From Bacteroidaceae bacterium (lineage in GTDB: Bacteria; Bacteroidota; Bacteroidia; Bacteroidales; Bacteroidaceae): a stretch of DNA of 58,328 bases. This document shows, one piece after another, positions 44,959-53,582 of this stretch. The position numbers were made by a program, and so were the translations under genes. How positions within the stretch are numbered: the first letter of the stretch is position 1; every line of letters starts with the position of its first letter. Under the pieces are notes generated by a model. That model did no database searches. It was not told the origin of the DNA and worked only from the letters and a program-made list of their open reading frames with translations. The DNA lies in the NCBI GenBank assembly GCA_017647725.1, contig JAGCKB010000176.1:1-58328 (forward strand), in the 5' to 3' direction.

Positions 44959-47357
44959 AGGTCGTCATCGTCGTGGGTTACTGTTCGCTTGAAACCGCGC
45001 TGTATGCCGTAGAGGCTCGCGGCGTGGCGGGTGCTGCTGACCTTCTCCCAGCCGATATCCTCGATTGCCTTGTTGACACGGCGGGCAAGGTACTTGAAGT
45101 CCTTGTCGGTGAGGTCGCGCTTTAGCTGCTCGCAGATGAACTCGGCGGCACAGACGCGATCGCGGACGACGGTGCCTGTGGCGTCGAGAGGGTCGGGGGA
45201 GCTGAGCCATTGACGACGCGAGGCGATGTCGCGTGTTGCCCAGTCGACAGGCAGCTTGGTATCGAGGAACTTGTGCAGCATTGCTATCATTGGGTCGTCG
45301 CTGTCGTCGTTGTACTCCATCTGCCGCTGACGGGCTGCGCTCTCCATCTCGTTGTCGAGATATAATTTCTCTCCTTTATTATAATAGTGCACAGCCTCGG
45401 CCCACAGCTGATCGCGGTCGCGGTCGAGAGCTGTTACCCAGTTATGGTGCTTGCGCAGGGAGGGTACGATGTTGATGACCCAAAAACGGCGGTTACCGGT
45501 ATCGCCCTTGAGGAAATATGACTCGTTGGTTGTTCCACAGAATACGCATTGACGGGGGTACTCGATGGTGCGGCGACCGTAGGGAGCGCGGTAGATGTCG
45601 ATGCGCTTGGAGAGGTAGGCCTTGACGGTCTCGACCTCGCTGCGCTTGAGACCTGCGAGTTCGCCCATCTCTATTATCCACGCTTGGCGTAGCTGTTCCA
45701 TACCTTCTTTGCCCTCGGTGGTGGTGATGCTGTCGTTGAACCATTGACCGCCCATCTTGGCAAGGAGGGTGGATTTACCAACGCCCTCGGGGCCTGTGAA
45801 GATGAGGCATTGATCGTATTTGACACCGGGCTCGAACACGCGCGCGACGGCTGCGGTGAAGTGCTTGCGTGTCATTGTGCGGTTGAGAATGTTGTCCTCG
45901 GCGCCGATGTAGTCGATGATTAGACGCTCGAGGCGAGGAACGCCATCCCAAGTGAGCGAGTTAAGGTAGTCGCGTATGGGGTGAAAGGCGTGCTTGGTGA
46001 ACACGGCGGTGAGACCGTCGGCTATTTTCTCTTTACCTACAATGCCGTAGTGACGTTCGAACCACACACGGAGATTGGCATCGTCGGCATCGCTCCATTG
46101 GCTTGCCTGTTTGTTCCAAGGGGCACCGCCGATGATGGTGTTTGCCCCGCTGAACTGGTTGTGCACAAGGCGACCGCTGAATGCAGGGTCATTCTCAAGG
46201 ATGGTGATGATGTTGGCGATGGTGCATTGAACCTTGCCTTGTTTGGTGTAGTCGAGTGTGGCTTTCCACTCGTCGTTATAATCGGTATCTACGGCATCAA
46301 AATCCTCGGCAGCGCTGCTGCGCTCACGCGACATAAGGAGCTTGACGGCCTTGTCGCGGCTCGCAAGCTCTTGCATTGCAAGGTATGAGGGCTTGCGTGT
46401 GATGTCCTGTACCTTGCTGCCCTCGTCCTGTAGACCATAGAGGTGGAGACGGCAGAGGTCGAAGGCGTTGCAGAGCTGACGCCCGGCGGGGTCGGTCTCG
46501 TGATGCGAGTAGGCGAACTTGCCATCGTAGCACACAAGGCCACCGGCAACACTGCCGAGCTTGTATGTGTAACGCCCCGGGGTTGTGGTGGGCTCGTATA
46601 TATCGCCAAGAAATTGCTCGATGGCATCTTCTATGGTATATGCGCGGCAGAAAGCACCGATGAGACCGGGTTTTTCGGTTGGGTCACCAGCGATCTTTAT
46701 CTCGCGGGCTATGACATCGCCCGCACGGCTTGATACCGACCAGCTGCTGACGTCGCGGTAGTCTTTGTAGGTTGCAAGGATTTGGTCGACGTTGCAGGCG
46801 GGGCCGTCTTGATACTCGAAGATGTAATCGGCGTCCTTGCTGGTGCTGGGCCAGTAGAAGAGGCGTGGTAGTTCGAAGGTGGTGTCGTCGAAGAGGTCGA
46901 TGCCGATTTCGCCGGCAATGGCGCGGCACAGGGGTTCGTACTCGGCGGGCGTGACGTGACGGCTGAGAGGGAACACGAGGCGGTAACGCGGCGTAGCGCT
47001 GCTGTGCTTGTGTGTGCTGTAGAGCATAGCGGCGAAGCTGAATGAGAGTTGAAAATCGTCCCACACGGTGTGTGTGCCGTAGTCGATGTCGAGGGTGGCA
47101 ACGGTGCGGTAGAGGACGGCTGTGTTCTTGCGCACTCCACCGTTGAGGTAGCCGCCAACGAAACCGCCGACATCCTTGATGTTGCTTTGTTCCTCTTTGC
47201 TCATACGGGTGTACTCGGCAGCGGTCTCGGCTGTGCGCTGTGTGATGCTGCACCGCTCGACAAGCTCGCTCCAACGCCACTGCTTGTTGCGCCATTTCTT
47301 GCTCATACGACTGTGTGCGGTGGCTATGTCTATCAGAAAGTCGTTCTTTAGTTTCAT
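44955..47357 (-). CDS. primase/helicase (VirE-type P-loop NTPase with N-terminal primase-like domain)
   Basis: P-loop FTGPEGVGKSTL. The start is set at ATG 47357 (MKLKNDF), overlapping the polymerase stop by 1 nt (TGATG); the track extension to 47420 is Pro/Arg-rich. Confidence 0.8.
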   Translation of the reverse strand: MKLKNDFLIDIATAHSRMSKKWRNKQWRWSELVERCSITQRTAETAAEYTRMSKEEQSNIKDVGGFVGGYLNGGVRKNTAVLYRTVATLDIDYGTHTVWDDFQLSFSFAAMLYSTHKHSSATPRYRLVFPLSRHVTPAEYEPLCRAIAGEIGIDLFDDTTFELPRLFYWPSTSKDADYIFEYQDGPACNVDQILATYKDYRDVSSWSVSSRAGDVIAREIKIAGDPTEKPGLIGAFCRAYTIEDAIEQFLGDIYEPTTTPGRYTYKLGSVAGGLVCYDGKFAYSHHETDPAGRQLCNAFDLCRLHLYGLQDEGSKVQDITRKPSYLAMQELASRDKAVKLLMSRERSSAAEDFDAVDTDYNDEWKATLDYTKQGKVQCTIANIITILENDPAFSGRLVHNQFSGANTIIGGAPWNKQASQWSDADDANLRVWFERHYGIVGKEKIADGLTAVFTKHAFHPIRDYLNSLTWDGVPRLERLIIDYIGAEDNILNRTMTRKHFTAAVARVFEPGVKYDQCLIFTGPEGVGKSTLLAKMGGQWFNDSITTTEGKEGMEQLRQAWIIEMGELAGLKRSEVETVKAYLSKRIDIYRAPYGRRTIEYPRQCVFCGTTNESYFLKGDTGNRRFWVINIVPSLRKHHNWVTALDRDRDQLWAEAVHYYNKGEKLYLDNEMESAARQRQMEYNDDSDDPMIAMLHKFLDTKLPVDWATRDIASRRQWLSSPDPLDATGTVVRDRVCAAEFICEQLKRDLTDKDFKYLARRVNKAIEDIGWEKVSSTRHAASLYGIQRGFKRTVTHDDDDL

Positions 47358-49303
47358 CAGTCTTTCAAATAATATGGGGTGCTGTAGCCTGCTCCTTTGA
47401 GGGGGAGGTCGCGGCACCACTGTATGGGTTGTGAAAATATATGTTCTACATCGTGCAATGTCTGCTGTGGGGCTGCCTCGACAACGATTTCATCGTGTAT
47501 GTGAAATACGATGTCAAGACCGGCGGTGTGAGCACGGAGGATGATGCAACCGAGGATGTCACGGGCGATGGCCTGTACTACATTCTCGGTGAGCTTGCCG
47601 CCATAGGTGCGTATGCTTTCCCATTTCTTTGTGATTTGGTTGCAGCCTTCGTACTCGATTATCTCGTGGTCGCCTCGCCAACCGTCGTTGTACTCCATAC
47701 CTACTGTTGCACGGGGGTAGCAGATGGTGCGGCCGGATGGCAGGGTGATGAGGAGCAGTCCCCATTTGTGTGACACCACGATGCCGCGATGGATAGTGAC
47801 GCTCTCGCCGGTTTTGATGGCACGTTTGGCGGCGGACTCGATGATTGACCAAAAACGGACTATGTGAGGGTTGGCTGAACGCCAGCGTTGCATAATATCG
47901 CGCATCTCGGGTTGTGTCAACCCCATACGGCTACCGCCCATTGCCTCAAGGGCTGCGACACCGCCGCCGTAGCCAAGGGCGAGAACGGCGATTTTACCTT
48001 TTTGACGGAGCTCGCTGTTGGCTCCGTGTTTCTCGACCTTGCAGTTGAACATTTGCCCTGCGGTGGCGCAGTAGATGTCGCCGCCTTGACGAAAGACGTT
48101 GAGCACCCATTCTTCGCCGGCGAGCCAAGCGATTACACGGGCTTCAATGGCGGAGAAATCGCAGACGTGGAAGGTGCGGCCGTCACGCGCTATGAAGGCT
48201 GTGCGGATGAGCTCGGAGAGGACTTGTGTGGGGTTGCCGTAGTTGAGACAAAATTCTTCGAGATCGCCTTGCTTGACAAGTGAACGGGCATAGTCGATGT
48301 CTTTAAGGTGATTCTGTGGCAGATTCTGCACCTGCACAAGGCGGCCCGCCCAACGACCAGTGCGCGAAGCACCACAGAACTGCAACAGGCCACGTATGCG
48401 ACCATCATTGCAAACGCAGTCGAGCATTGCACGATATTTGCTGTTGGAGGTCTTGCCGAGCTCGCGGCGGATGGCGAGCATACGTTTGGCGCTGGGTGAG
48501 TGGCTGACGTATCGTTCTATATCGTCGAGGTCTCTTTTGCCGATGGTTGAGATGGGCATACAAGAGATGCGAGATAGATACTCTCGTAGTTGCGCAGGGG
48601 AGTTGGGGTTGTCCATACCTGTGATTTGCTTTGCCTCTTCGAGCAGATGTGCTTTGTACTCATCGTCGAAGCGGTTAGCATTCTCCGCGAGTGCGCGGTC
48701 AAGCAGTACGCCGCGGTCGTTGATGAGCTGGTCGATGGCATATAGTTCCTCGTCGAAGGGCGCGGGTTGTAGGCGGCGTACCTTGGAGAGGATGGCTTGT
48801 TCGACCTCGACATCTCGGATGCAGTATTGCTTGAAGAGCGCCCAGCGCTCGGGGGCCTCGGCAGGCATATTTCTCTTGCCCTTGACAGGGCAGGAGAAGT
48901 AGCGAATGAGGGCGCGACCCTCTTTCATCTTACCTTGCCCGATGCGCAACACCTCGGCGCATTGCTCCAAGGAGAGGGGCAAGCCCATACGTGCGGCGCG
49001 CACCATTGTGCATTGCCACTGCGCGGGGTTTATCAACGGCCAACCGAAATGGCGGCTGATGCAGACGCGCTCGAAGGCTGCGTTGAATGCTGTCTTGGTA
49101 ACTGAGGGGTCACGCAGGGCGGTCAACACCTCGGATGGCAGTTGTTCGCCGGAGGCGAAGTCGCAGATTTGCACGGGGCCGTGGTCGATGCTGTAGGCAA
49201 AGAGCAGGATGGTGAAGTCGGGGGCTTCGGTATAGCGGTAGACTCCGCAGCTCGCAAGGTCGTAACTGCTGTAGGTTTCTATGTCGATACTTAATTCTTT
49301 CAT
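47357..49303 (-). CDS. family A DNA polymerase with 3'-5' exonuclease domain
   Basis: Exo I SIDIETYS; Pol motif A DFSAIEARVIAWLAGE, motif B RQKGKIAVLALGYGGG, motif C HIHDEIVVE. Confidence 0.9.
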   Translation of the reverse strand: MKELSIDIETYSSYDLASCGVYRYTEAPDFTILLFAYSIDHGPVQICDFASGEQLPSEVLTALRDPSVTKTAFNAAFERVCISRHFGWPLINPAQWQCTMVRAARMGLPLSLEQCAEVLRIGQGKMKEGRALIRYFSCPVKGKRNMPAEAPERWALFKQYCIRDVEVEQAILSKVRRLQPAPFDEELYAIDQLINDRGVLLDRALAENANRFDDEYKAHLLEEAKQITGMDNPNSPAQLREYLSRISCMPISTIGKRDLDDIERYVSHSPSAKRMLAIRRELGKTSNSKYRAMLDCVCNDGRIRGLLQFCGASRTGRWAGRLVQVQNLPQNHLKDIDYARSLVKQGDLEEFCLNYGNPTQVLSELIRTAFIARDGRTFHVCDFSAIEARVIAWLAGEEWVLNVFRQGGDIYCATAGQMFNCKVEKHGANSELRQKGKIAVLALGYGGGVAALEAMGGSRMGLTQPEMRDIMQRWRSANPHIVRFWSIIESAAKRAIKTGESVTIHRGIVVSHKWGLLLITLPSGRTICYPRATVGMEYNDGWRGDHEIIEYEGCNQITKKWESIRTYGGKLTENVVQAIARDILGCIILRAHTAGLDIVFHIHDEIVVEAAPQQTLHDVEHIFSQPIQWCRDLPLKGAGYSTPYYLKD

Positions 49304-49435
49304 TGGTGTCGTTAGAGATTTCTCACATTGACTTTAGCCCCTTCGGGCGTCGACCGTTGGTTCGTTCGAAATGACAAGTGTGATAAATATTTGTGCCCGT
49401 GAAAGCGGTCAGACTCGCACGGGCTTGGGATGATG

Positions 49436-49996
49436 TTACAGATCGTCGTCATCCTCGGTGTCAAGGTCGGCAAAATCGTTCTCGGCCGAAGCGCGGCCGC
49501 CAAAGCGTTCATCGTCCTTGAATTTCATTATGTTGTTGAGACCGCAGGCTATACCGCGATTGCCGTTGACATCGTAGCCGTAGAAGGTTACGCTGACGTA
49601 TGCCCACACACCGCTGTAGATTTCATCCTCGTCAACGATGGGTGCTTTGTTCTTGTCGACGATGCCGGGGCGGGTGCTTGACTTGGCATTAACGTAATAC
49701 TGATTCTCATATACTGCGTCGTCGTCTTTGTCGTCGCCATCGCGGAGGGGGAGGTCAATCTTCTTGGGTTCTTTACCTCCCCACTTGGATGTGATGGACT
49801 CTTTCTTGGCTGCTTCGATGGCGGCCTCAATAGCCTTGATGGTTGCCTTCTCTTTCTTTGGAATGAGTACATTGGTCATATACTTGCCACGAGAGGCATC
49901 TTCTCCGTCGGGCACATACTTGGAAAAGAGGTGTGTGTAACTGAGTCGGCAGGGACCGAATACGACTTTAGTTCCTTTTACAATAGGTTCAATCAT
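49436..49996 (-). CDS. DUF2815-like ssDNA-binding protein
   Basis: Position between the nuclease and the polymerase as in known DUF2800/DUF2815/PolA modules, plus an acidic C-terminal tail DLDTEDDDDL like SSB tails. Confidence 0.6.
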   Translation of the reverse strand: MIEPIVKGTKVVFGPCRLSYTHLFSKYVPDGEDASRGKYMTNVLIPKKEKATIKAIEAAIEAAKKESITSKWGGKEPKKIDLPLRDGDDKDDDAVYENQYYVNAKSSTRPGIVDKNKAPIVDEDEIYSGVWAYVSVTFYGYDVNGNRGIACGLNNIMKFKDDERFGGRASAENDFADLDTEDDDDL

Positions 49997-50015
49997 AATT
50001 TATAATGTTTAATGG

Positions 50016-51161
50016 TTAATGAATGTCTGCGAAATCATCTTCGACAGTGTTGATTGCCTGTCGCTTGTCGGTGTTGGGGACAAGTGTGGGCTTGCCTTGT
50101 GGTTTGCTTATCCACTGGGCGCAGAGAGCGGCGAACTGTTTGCGACCGACAAGACGCTCGAGCTCGGTAATGGCAAGGAGTTCTTGTGGCTTATATATGG
50201 TGTCGCGCGCTATGCCAGCGCTGGTGAGCGCATCGCTGACTGCTGAGGGGTTGGTTATCTTGCGAGTGCTGCGGCCTTCGACGACTTTCCAACCGGGAAT
50301 GATTGTGCCTGACAGGGCTGTGTGCAGTGCATAATCTTCGATGCCGGCGATCCACAGCTTGATGGTGTCGAGCTTGGGGAGTATGTCGGCGAGTTCGTCG
50401 GGGGCGAGGAGCTGCGGGTTTGATTCCGAGAGCGCGGTGTTGAGGCTCTGCTCGGAGAGAGCACGGCAACGGCACTTGACCTTGCAGAAGCGACACCACT
50501 CGCCGGGATTCTGCGTTCCCTTACCACTAAAAGCCTCTTGTGCTTTGGGGGTAAGGGTGTCTTTAGTCCAGCGCAGGAGATCGAGAGCGGTGATCTCGTA
50601 CTCGCTGAGGTTGTCGATGCGGGGTTGCACGATGGTCATTCGCACGCGCTCGATGCGGTACTCGAAGTTGAACTTGTCGTATGCGCCGAGAGCGTAGATT
50701 TGCATCTGTGGGTTGCCGACTGCCGAGACCTTGACTCCTTTGCCGTATTTGAAGTCGATGACCTCCATTGTGCCGTCGGCTATGATGATGGCATCGGCGG
50801 TGCCGAAGCTGTAGGGGATGTGTTCGCTGAAGTCGAGACGGGTCTCGACGAGGAGCTGGGCATCGGGGGTGAGGGCGAGGGCGGCATTGTACTTTTCGAT
50901 GACTATGCTGGCATAGGTGTCGGTGTACTCGTTCATCTCGCCTGTATAGTAGTCGGAAAGTTCGGCGATTTCTTTGTCCTCGAGCTCGGTGGGGAGGCCG
51001 AGGAAGGTTTTTAGTTTCTTGGCGCAGTAGGCGTGTGCGAGTGTGCCTTCAACGGCAAAGTCGCTGCTTACATCGGGCATATTGGCCTCGAGGTGTGGGG
51101 CGGCGGTGCAGTTGAGCCAACGTGACGCGCTGGAGGGTGATAGTAGGGCGTGTGCTCCCAT
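50016..51161 (-). CDS. DUF2800-like PD-(D/E)XK (Cas4-like) nuclease
   Basis: N-terminal LLSPSSASRWLNCTAAP and a C-terminal Cys cluster CRFCKVKCRC. Confidence 0.65.
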   Translation of the reverse strand: MGAHALLSPSSASRWLNCTAAPHLEANMPDVSSDFAVEGTLAHAYCAKKLKTFLGLPTELEDKEIAELSDYYTGEMNEYTDTYASIVIEKYNAALALTPDAQLLVETRLDFSEHIPYSFGTADAIIIADGTMEVIDFKYGKGVKVSAVGNPQMQIYALGAYDKFNFEYRIERVRMTIVQPRIDNLSEYEITALDLLRWTKDTLTPKAQEAFSGKGTQNPGEWCRFCKVKCRCRALSEQSLNTALSESNPQLLAPDELADILPKLDTIKLWIAGIEDYALHTALSGTIIPGWKVVEGRSTRKITNPSAVSDALTSAGIARDTIYKPQELLAITELERLVGRKQFAALCAQWISKPQGKPTLVPNTDKRQAINTVEDDFADIH

Positions 51162-51167
51162 AGGCGG

Positions 51168-51764
51168 TTAGAATGGAACGGCCTCGACGAGAGCACCGTT
51201 GGAGATTTCAACATCGTCGCAGCAACGGATGAAGTTCATACGACTGCGGCTGTCGGGGAGTTCGCTGGGGCGATCGGCACCGAAGAGGGCGGCGGTTACT
51301 TTGAACCAAGAGGTCATTGCGCGATGCCATTTTTTATAACCCTCGCCATCGGGGTTGTCTTTCCAGTCATTGCCTTCGATGCGGCAGCGAGCGCGGTCGA
51401 TGGCGGCGCGGACGTCGGCCTCGGTGTATTCGCGTTCTTCTTCTACTGCGGTAGAGGGTTCTTCGGCTGCTGTGGGTGGGGTGGCGACGGGGACAATGGT
51501 GGGTGGGGTGTATTCGCGCTCTTCGAGAGCGGTTTCAGCGGTTGCCGGTTCTGGGGTTACCTCTGTTGCGGGCTCGACCGCAGCGACTTGTGCGGGCTTG
51601 ACCGCAGCGACTTGTGCGGGCTTGACTGCATCGACGGAAAAATTAGATACTTGCTCGCGCGCTTCGATGGGCTGCGCTGTCTGTGGCTGACTGCCGAGGA
51701 TGGCAGAGAGGAAGCCTGCGAGCTGTGGCGACAGCCCGATGTTTACGTTTAATGTGAATGTCAT
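51168..51764 (-). CDS. hypothetical protein with tandem VKPAQVAA repeats
   Basis: 198 aa. A 24-bp tandem DNA repeat (about 2.5 copies) lies near 51575-51640. Confidence 0.55.
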   Translation of the reverse strand: MTFTLNVNIGLSPQLAGFLSAILGSQPQTAQPIEAREQVSNFSVDAVKPAQVAAVKPAQVAAVEPATEVTPEPATAETALEEREYTPPTIVPVATPPTAAEEPSTAVEEEREYTEADVRAAIDRARCRIEGNDWKDNPDGEGYKKWHRAMTSWFKVTAALFGADRPSELPDSRSRMNFIRCCDDVEISNGALVEAVPF

Positions 51765-51791
51765 ACTATATTTATTTAAAAGGTTTAGTAG

Positions 51792-51980
51792 TTAGTTGGC
51801 ACGCCAGAAGATGATGAGGTCGCGGCCGAATACGCGGTAGGAGTTGCCGACGAGGTGGGCTTTGAGCTTACCGGCGGTGATGTAGCGTTGCACGCTGCGC
51901 TTGCTCATCTGCAATATCTGTGCGCAGTCTTTTACTTTGAGCCTCGCGGTGAGGCTGATGTTGGGTTGTTCTTGGCACAT
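51792..51980 (-). CDS. excisionase-family (MerR-like) HTH protein
   Basis: LKVKDCAQILQMSKRSVQRYITAGKLKAHLVGNSYRVFGRDLIIF. Confidence 0.6.
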   Translation of the reverse strand: MCQEQPNISLTARLKVKDCAQILQMSKRSVQRYITAGKLKAHLVGNSYRVFGRDLIIFWRAN

Positions 51981-51992
51981 ATTATACAGTTA

Positions 51993-52124
51993 TTAAATGA
52001 TGATGTGGTCGATGTTTTCTTCGTAGTCGATGTTTTCTTCGTCGTCGTAATAGTAGGTTAATCCGCAGTGGGGGCAGGTGCCGCCCTCGGGGTCGCCTAA
52101 GCAGTAATCGCATCCGTGGCTCAT
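51993..52124 (-). CDS. small zinc-ribbon protein with acidic repeat tail
   Basis: Internal ATG (MSHGCDYCLGDPEGGTCPHCG...) of the track ORF 51993..52301. The upstream 59 codons are His/Arg-rich and look non-coding. An 18-bp tandem repeat encodes EENIDY/EENIDH. Confidence 0.45.
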   Translation of the reverse strand: MSHGCDYCLGDPEGGTCPHCGLTYYYDDEENIDYEENIDHIII

Positions 52125-52303
52125 AGTTGTTCCATTTTGTTTAGTTTCCACTGGCAACAACCGGCTGTGGCGGCAGATATGACTGTTGCGATGAGGTTGG
52201 CTGTTGTGTCGCCACTTGCGAAGATGATTGTTGCGATGAAGGACACGGCTAGCAATCGCTGAAGAAAAGTTCTCATAATTATATAGTTTTAGAATTTCCA
52301 ATT

Positions 52304-52335
52304 AAAAAACTCCCGGAGCTTCGCAGCGGCGGGAG
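52304..52335 (-). terminator. intrinsic terminator (minus-strand sense)
   Basis: The minus strand reads CTCCCG-CC-GCT-GCGA-AGC-TC-CGGGAG followed by TTTTTT, a GNRA-capped hairpin plus U6. On the plus strand no T-run follows. Confidence 0.65.
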
Positions 52336-53048
52336 GAGTAATTTTACTATGAAAAAAATTTATTTCCGCTCGCTTGCGGAGTGGATGCCGAGGACTCGAA
52401 CCTCCTGATTCTTTTTGGCGGGGTTAAACTTGGTGCCTCCAACAGGCGCTGCATCCGTGTGGAGGCCGATGGCCTCCGGATAATTTAAAAATCAATACAT
52501 TGTAATAGCTATATGACCGAGCCTCACGGCTTGAGTTTTGGGGGCGCACCGGCGGGTGATAAAATTTAAACATAACCATAATAAACTCAAAATGAAAAAG
52601 ATTTGTGCCGGTGCGCTGTGTGCCCTTGCGTGTTCCGATGTGTACGCTTGCCGAGGTTTATGGCGCATCTGTAATCGTTGTGGATGCGCGGTTGCTCAAG
52701 GGCTGTGCCTCGCTCGTTCAACTGCAAGGCGTTATAAAGGTGCTCGTTCCAACAAGACTAAAATTTAAAAGCAAATCAAAGGTTTATTCACAACAAATGG
52801 TGTTGGAACGAGCTGTTTAATCGTTATTATACTCTGCGGTGCTCTTTCCCTGCACCGCTTCAAGGGTGGGCTGTGCTGTCGCGGGTGCCCATCCCCGGGG
52901 ATTGCTTCGGCCTCGCTCGATGACGCGGATGTTACTCTTATTGTCAAGGGCTTTCCGGTATATCCCTGTATTGTATCAATATGTCAAAAATCTCTTTAGT
53001 TCCCCGATGCCCGTTCGACGCGGCCGCTCTTGCTCTTATCGAGGGGTC
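52336..53048 (-). ncRNA. candidate large structured non-coding RNA or structured regulatory DNA (strand assignment tentative)
   Basis: No credible ORF, at least 7 perfect complementary stems of 7-13 bp including long-range ones, and a minus-sense terminator at its end. See findings. Confidence 0.3.
52382..52457 (-). ncRNA. 76-nt tRNA-like element (acceptor + D-like + T-arm) lacking a foldable anticodon arm
   Basis: Minus strand: CGGATGC AG CGCC-TGTTGGA-GGCA ... GGAGG-TTCGAGT-CCTCG GCATCCA. The acceptor pairs 6/7, and the T-loop is the canonical TTCGAGT. The 28 nt between the D-arm and T-arm contain no 5-bp stem. Confidence 0.35.
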
Positions 53049-53210
53049 TTAATTTTGCTGCGCCAAATCAACAAATAACTCTTCTCTGCTGTAAATCTTT
53101 ATCCCGAACAGCCGTATCGTTGTGATGCGGCTTTTGGTGTTTTGCCACTCGGTGAGTCCAATCCTGTTGGTGCGCTCTATGGTCACCTCTTTCTGTATAA
53201 TTGCTTTCAT
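53049..53210 (-). CDS. small hypothetical protein (53 aa; not in the ORF track)
   Basis: My own translation gives MKAIIQKEVTIERTNRIGLTEWQNTKSRITTIRLFGIKIYSREELFVDLAQQN. It has an ATGA overlap with the cro-like gene. Confidence 0.45.
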   Translation of the reverse strand: MKAIIQKEVTIERTNRIGLTEWQNTKSRITTIRLFGIKIYSREELFVDLAQQN

Positions 53211-53380
53211 AGGCTGTATTTCTTTAGCGCAAGGCGGCGGACGGCGTCGGCCTTGGGGGTGTTGTACTTGCCGATGAGGCAGTCGCTGACGTAGTTCCAG
53301 TTGCAGCCGAGTTCTTTGGCGAGCTTGGTTTTTGCGCCGTGGACTACGTGAATTATTGTTACTTCTTTGGTTGTTTTCAT
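53207..53380 (-). CDS. Cro-like HTH regulator (57 aa; not in the ORF track)
   Basis: My own translation gives MKTTKEVTIIHVVHGAKTKLAKELGCNWNYVSDCLIGKYNTPKADAVRRLALKKYSL. It contains an HTH-like core and is divergent from the cI-like gene. Confidence 0.55.
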   Translation of the reverse strand: MKTTKEVTIIHVVHGAKTKLAKELGCNWNYVSDCLIGKYNTPKADAVRRLALKKYSL

Positions 53381-53582
53381 ATATTTTTTAGCTTTTCTTG
53401 TTGCTTGTGTTGTTTTATTGTTATATTTTTACCATCTTTATTTCGGTAGTGAAATCAATAGTGGAACTTGTACAGGTATCGCTATTGAGAACCACGAGGG
53501 CAAAGATAGAGGATAGTCGTAGAATATGCAAATATTTTTATAGAAAATTTACAAAATTCTTCGACCTCGCTCTTTATTTAGA
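53381..53582. promoter_or_regulatory. divergent switch region between the cro-like and cI-like genes
   Basis: A 200-bp A/T-rich intergenic region containing a 7-bp inverted repeat TCAATAG / CTATTGA (53455-53461 and 53482-53488). Promoters are not mapped. Confidence 0.45.

Noticed and set aside
41511-47420. N-terminal extensions in track ORFs (42986 for the PcfJ-like gene, 47420 for the primase; similarly 52301, 38674, 29089, 30731, 38023 elsewhere)
   Set aside because: The extensions overlap upstream genes, use non-ATG starts or are low-complexity. Internal ATGs placed 0-2 nt from the upstream stop give the compact coupling seen throughout the operon.
49304-49435. Two hairpins (GCCC-cttc-GGGC at 49337-49348; GCCCGTG...CACGGGC at 49395-49424) between the SSB-like and polymerase genes
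   Set aside because: They may be an attenuator or an RNA processing site. They lack a following U-tract and I cannot distinguish function from chance, so I did not promote this to a finding.
45233-51752. Arg/Pro-rich ORFs antisense to or out of frame with the primase, polymerase and nuclease genes (e.g. 46684..47295, 48360..48902, 51150..51752)
   Set aside because: The GC-rich replication module leaves long stop-free alternative frames. Their sequences are low-complexity and overlap genes with clear catalytic motifs.
51575-52040. Tandem DNA repeats (24-bp unit near 51575-51640; 18-bp unit at about 52003-52038)
   Set aside because: Both are in frame within ORFs and simply encode short peptide repeats (VKPAQVAA; EENID(Y/H)). 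They may vary in copy number but are not independent elements.
52382-52457. Suppressor tRNA (TTA in a GTTTAAC stretch) that might signal stop-codon recoding
   Set aside because: No anticodon stem can be drawn around that loop. All large genes translate uninterrupted in the standard code, so recoding is not needed to explain the ORF-poor islands.
52592-52768. 58-aa Cys-rich plus-strand ORF (MKKICAGALCALACSDVYACRGLW...) with a signal-peptide-like start inside the structured island
   Set aside because: Not called as a gene. Its sequence is largely made of the arms of the perfect long-range and local stems (52607-52616, 52622-52628, 52663-52689, 52697-52703, 52742-52754), which by itself generates Cys/Arg/Ala codons. 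It lies antisense to the surrounding operon. It remains an alternative that conservation or Ka/Ks analysis could revive.
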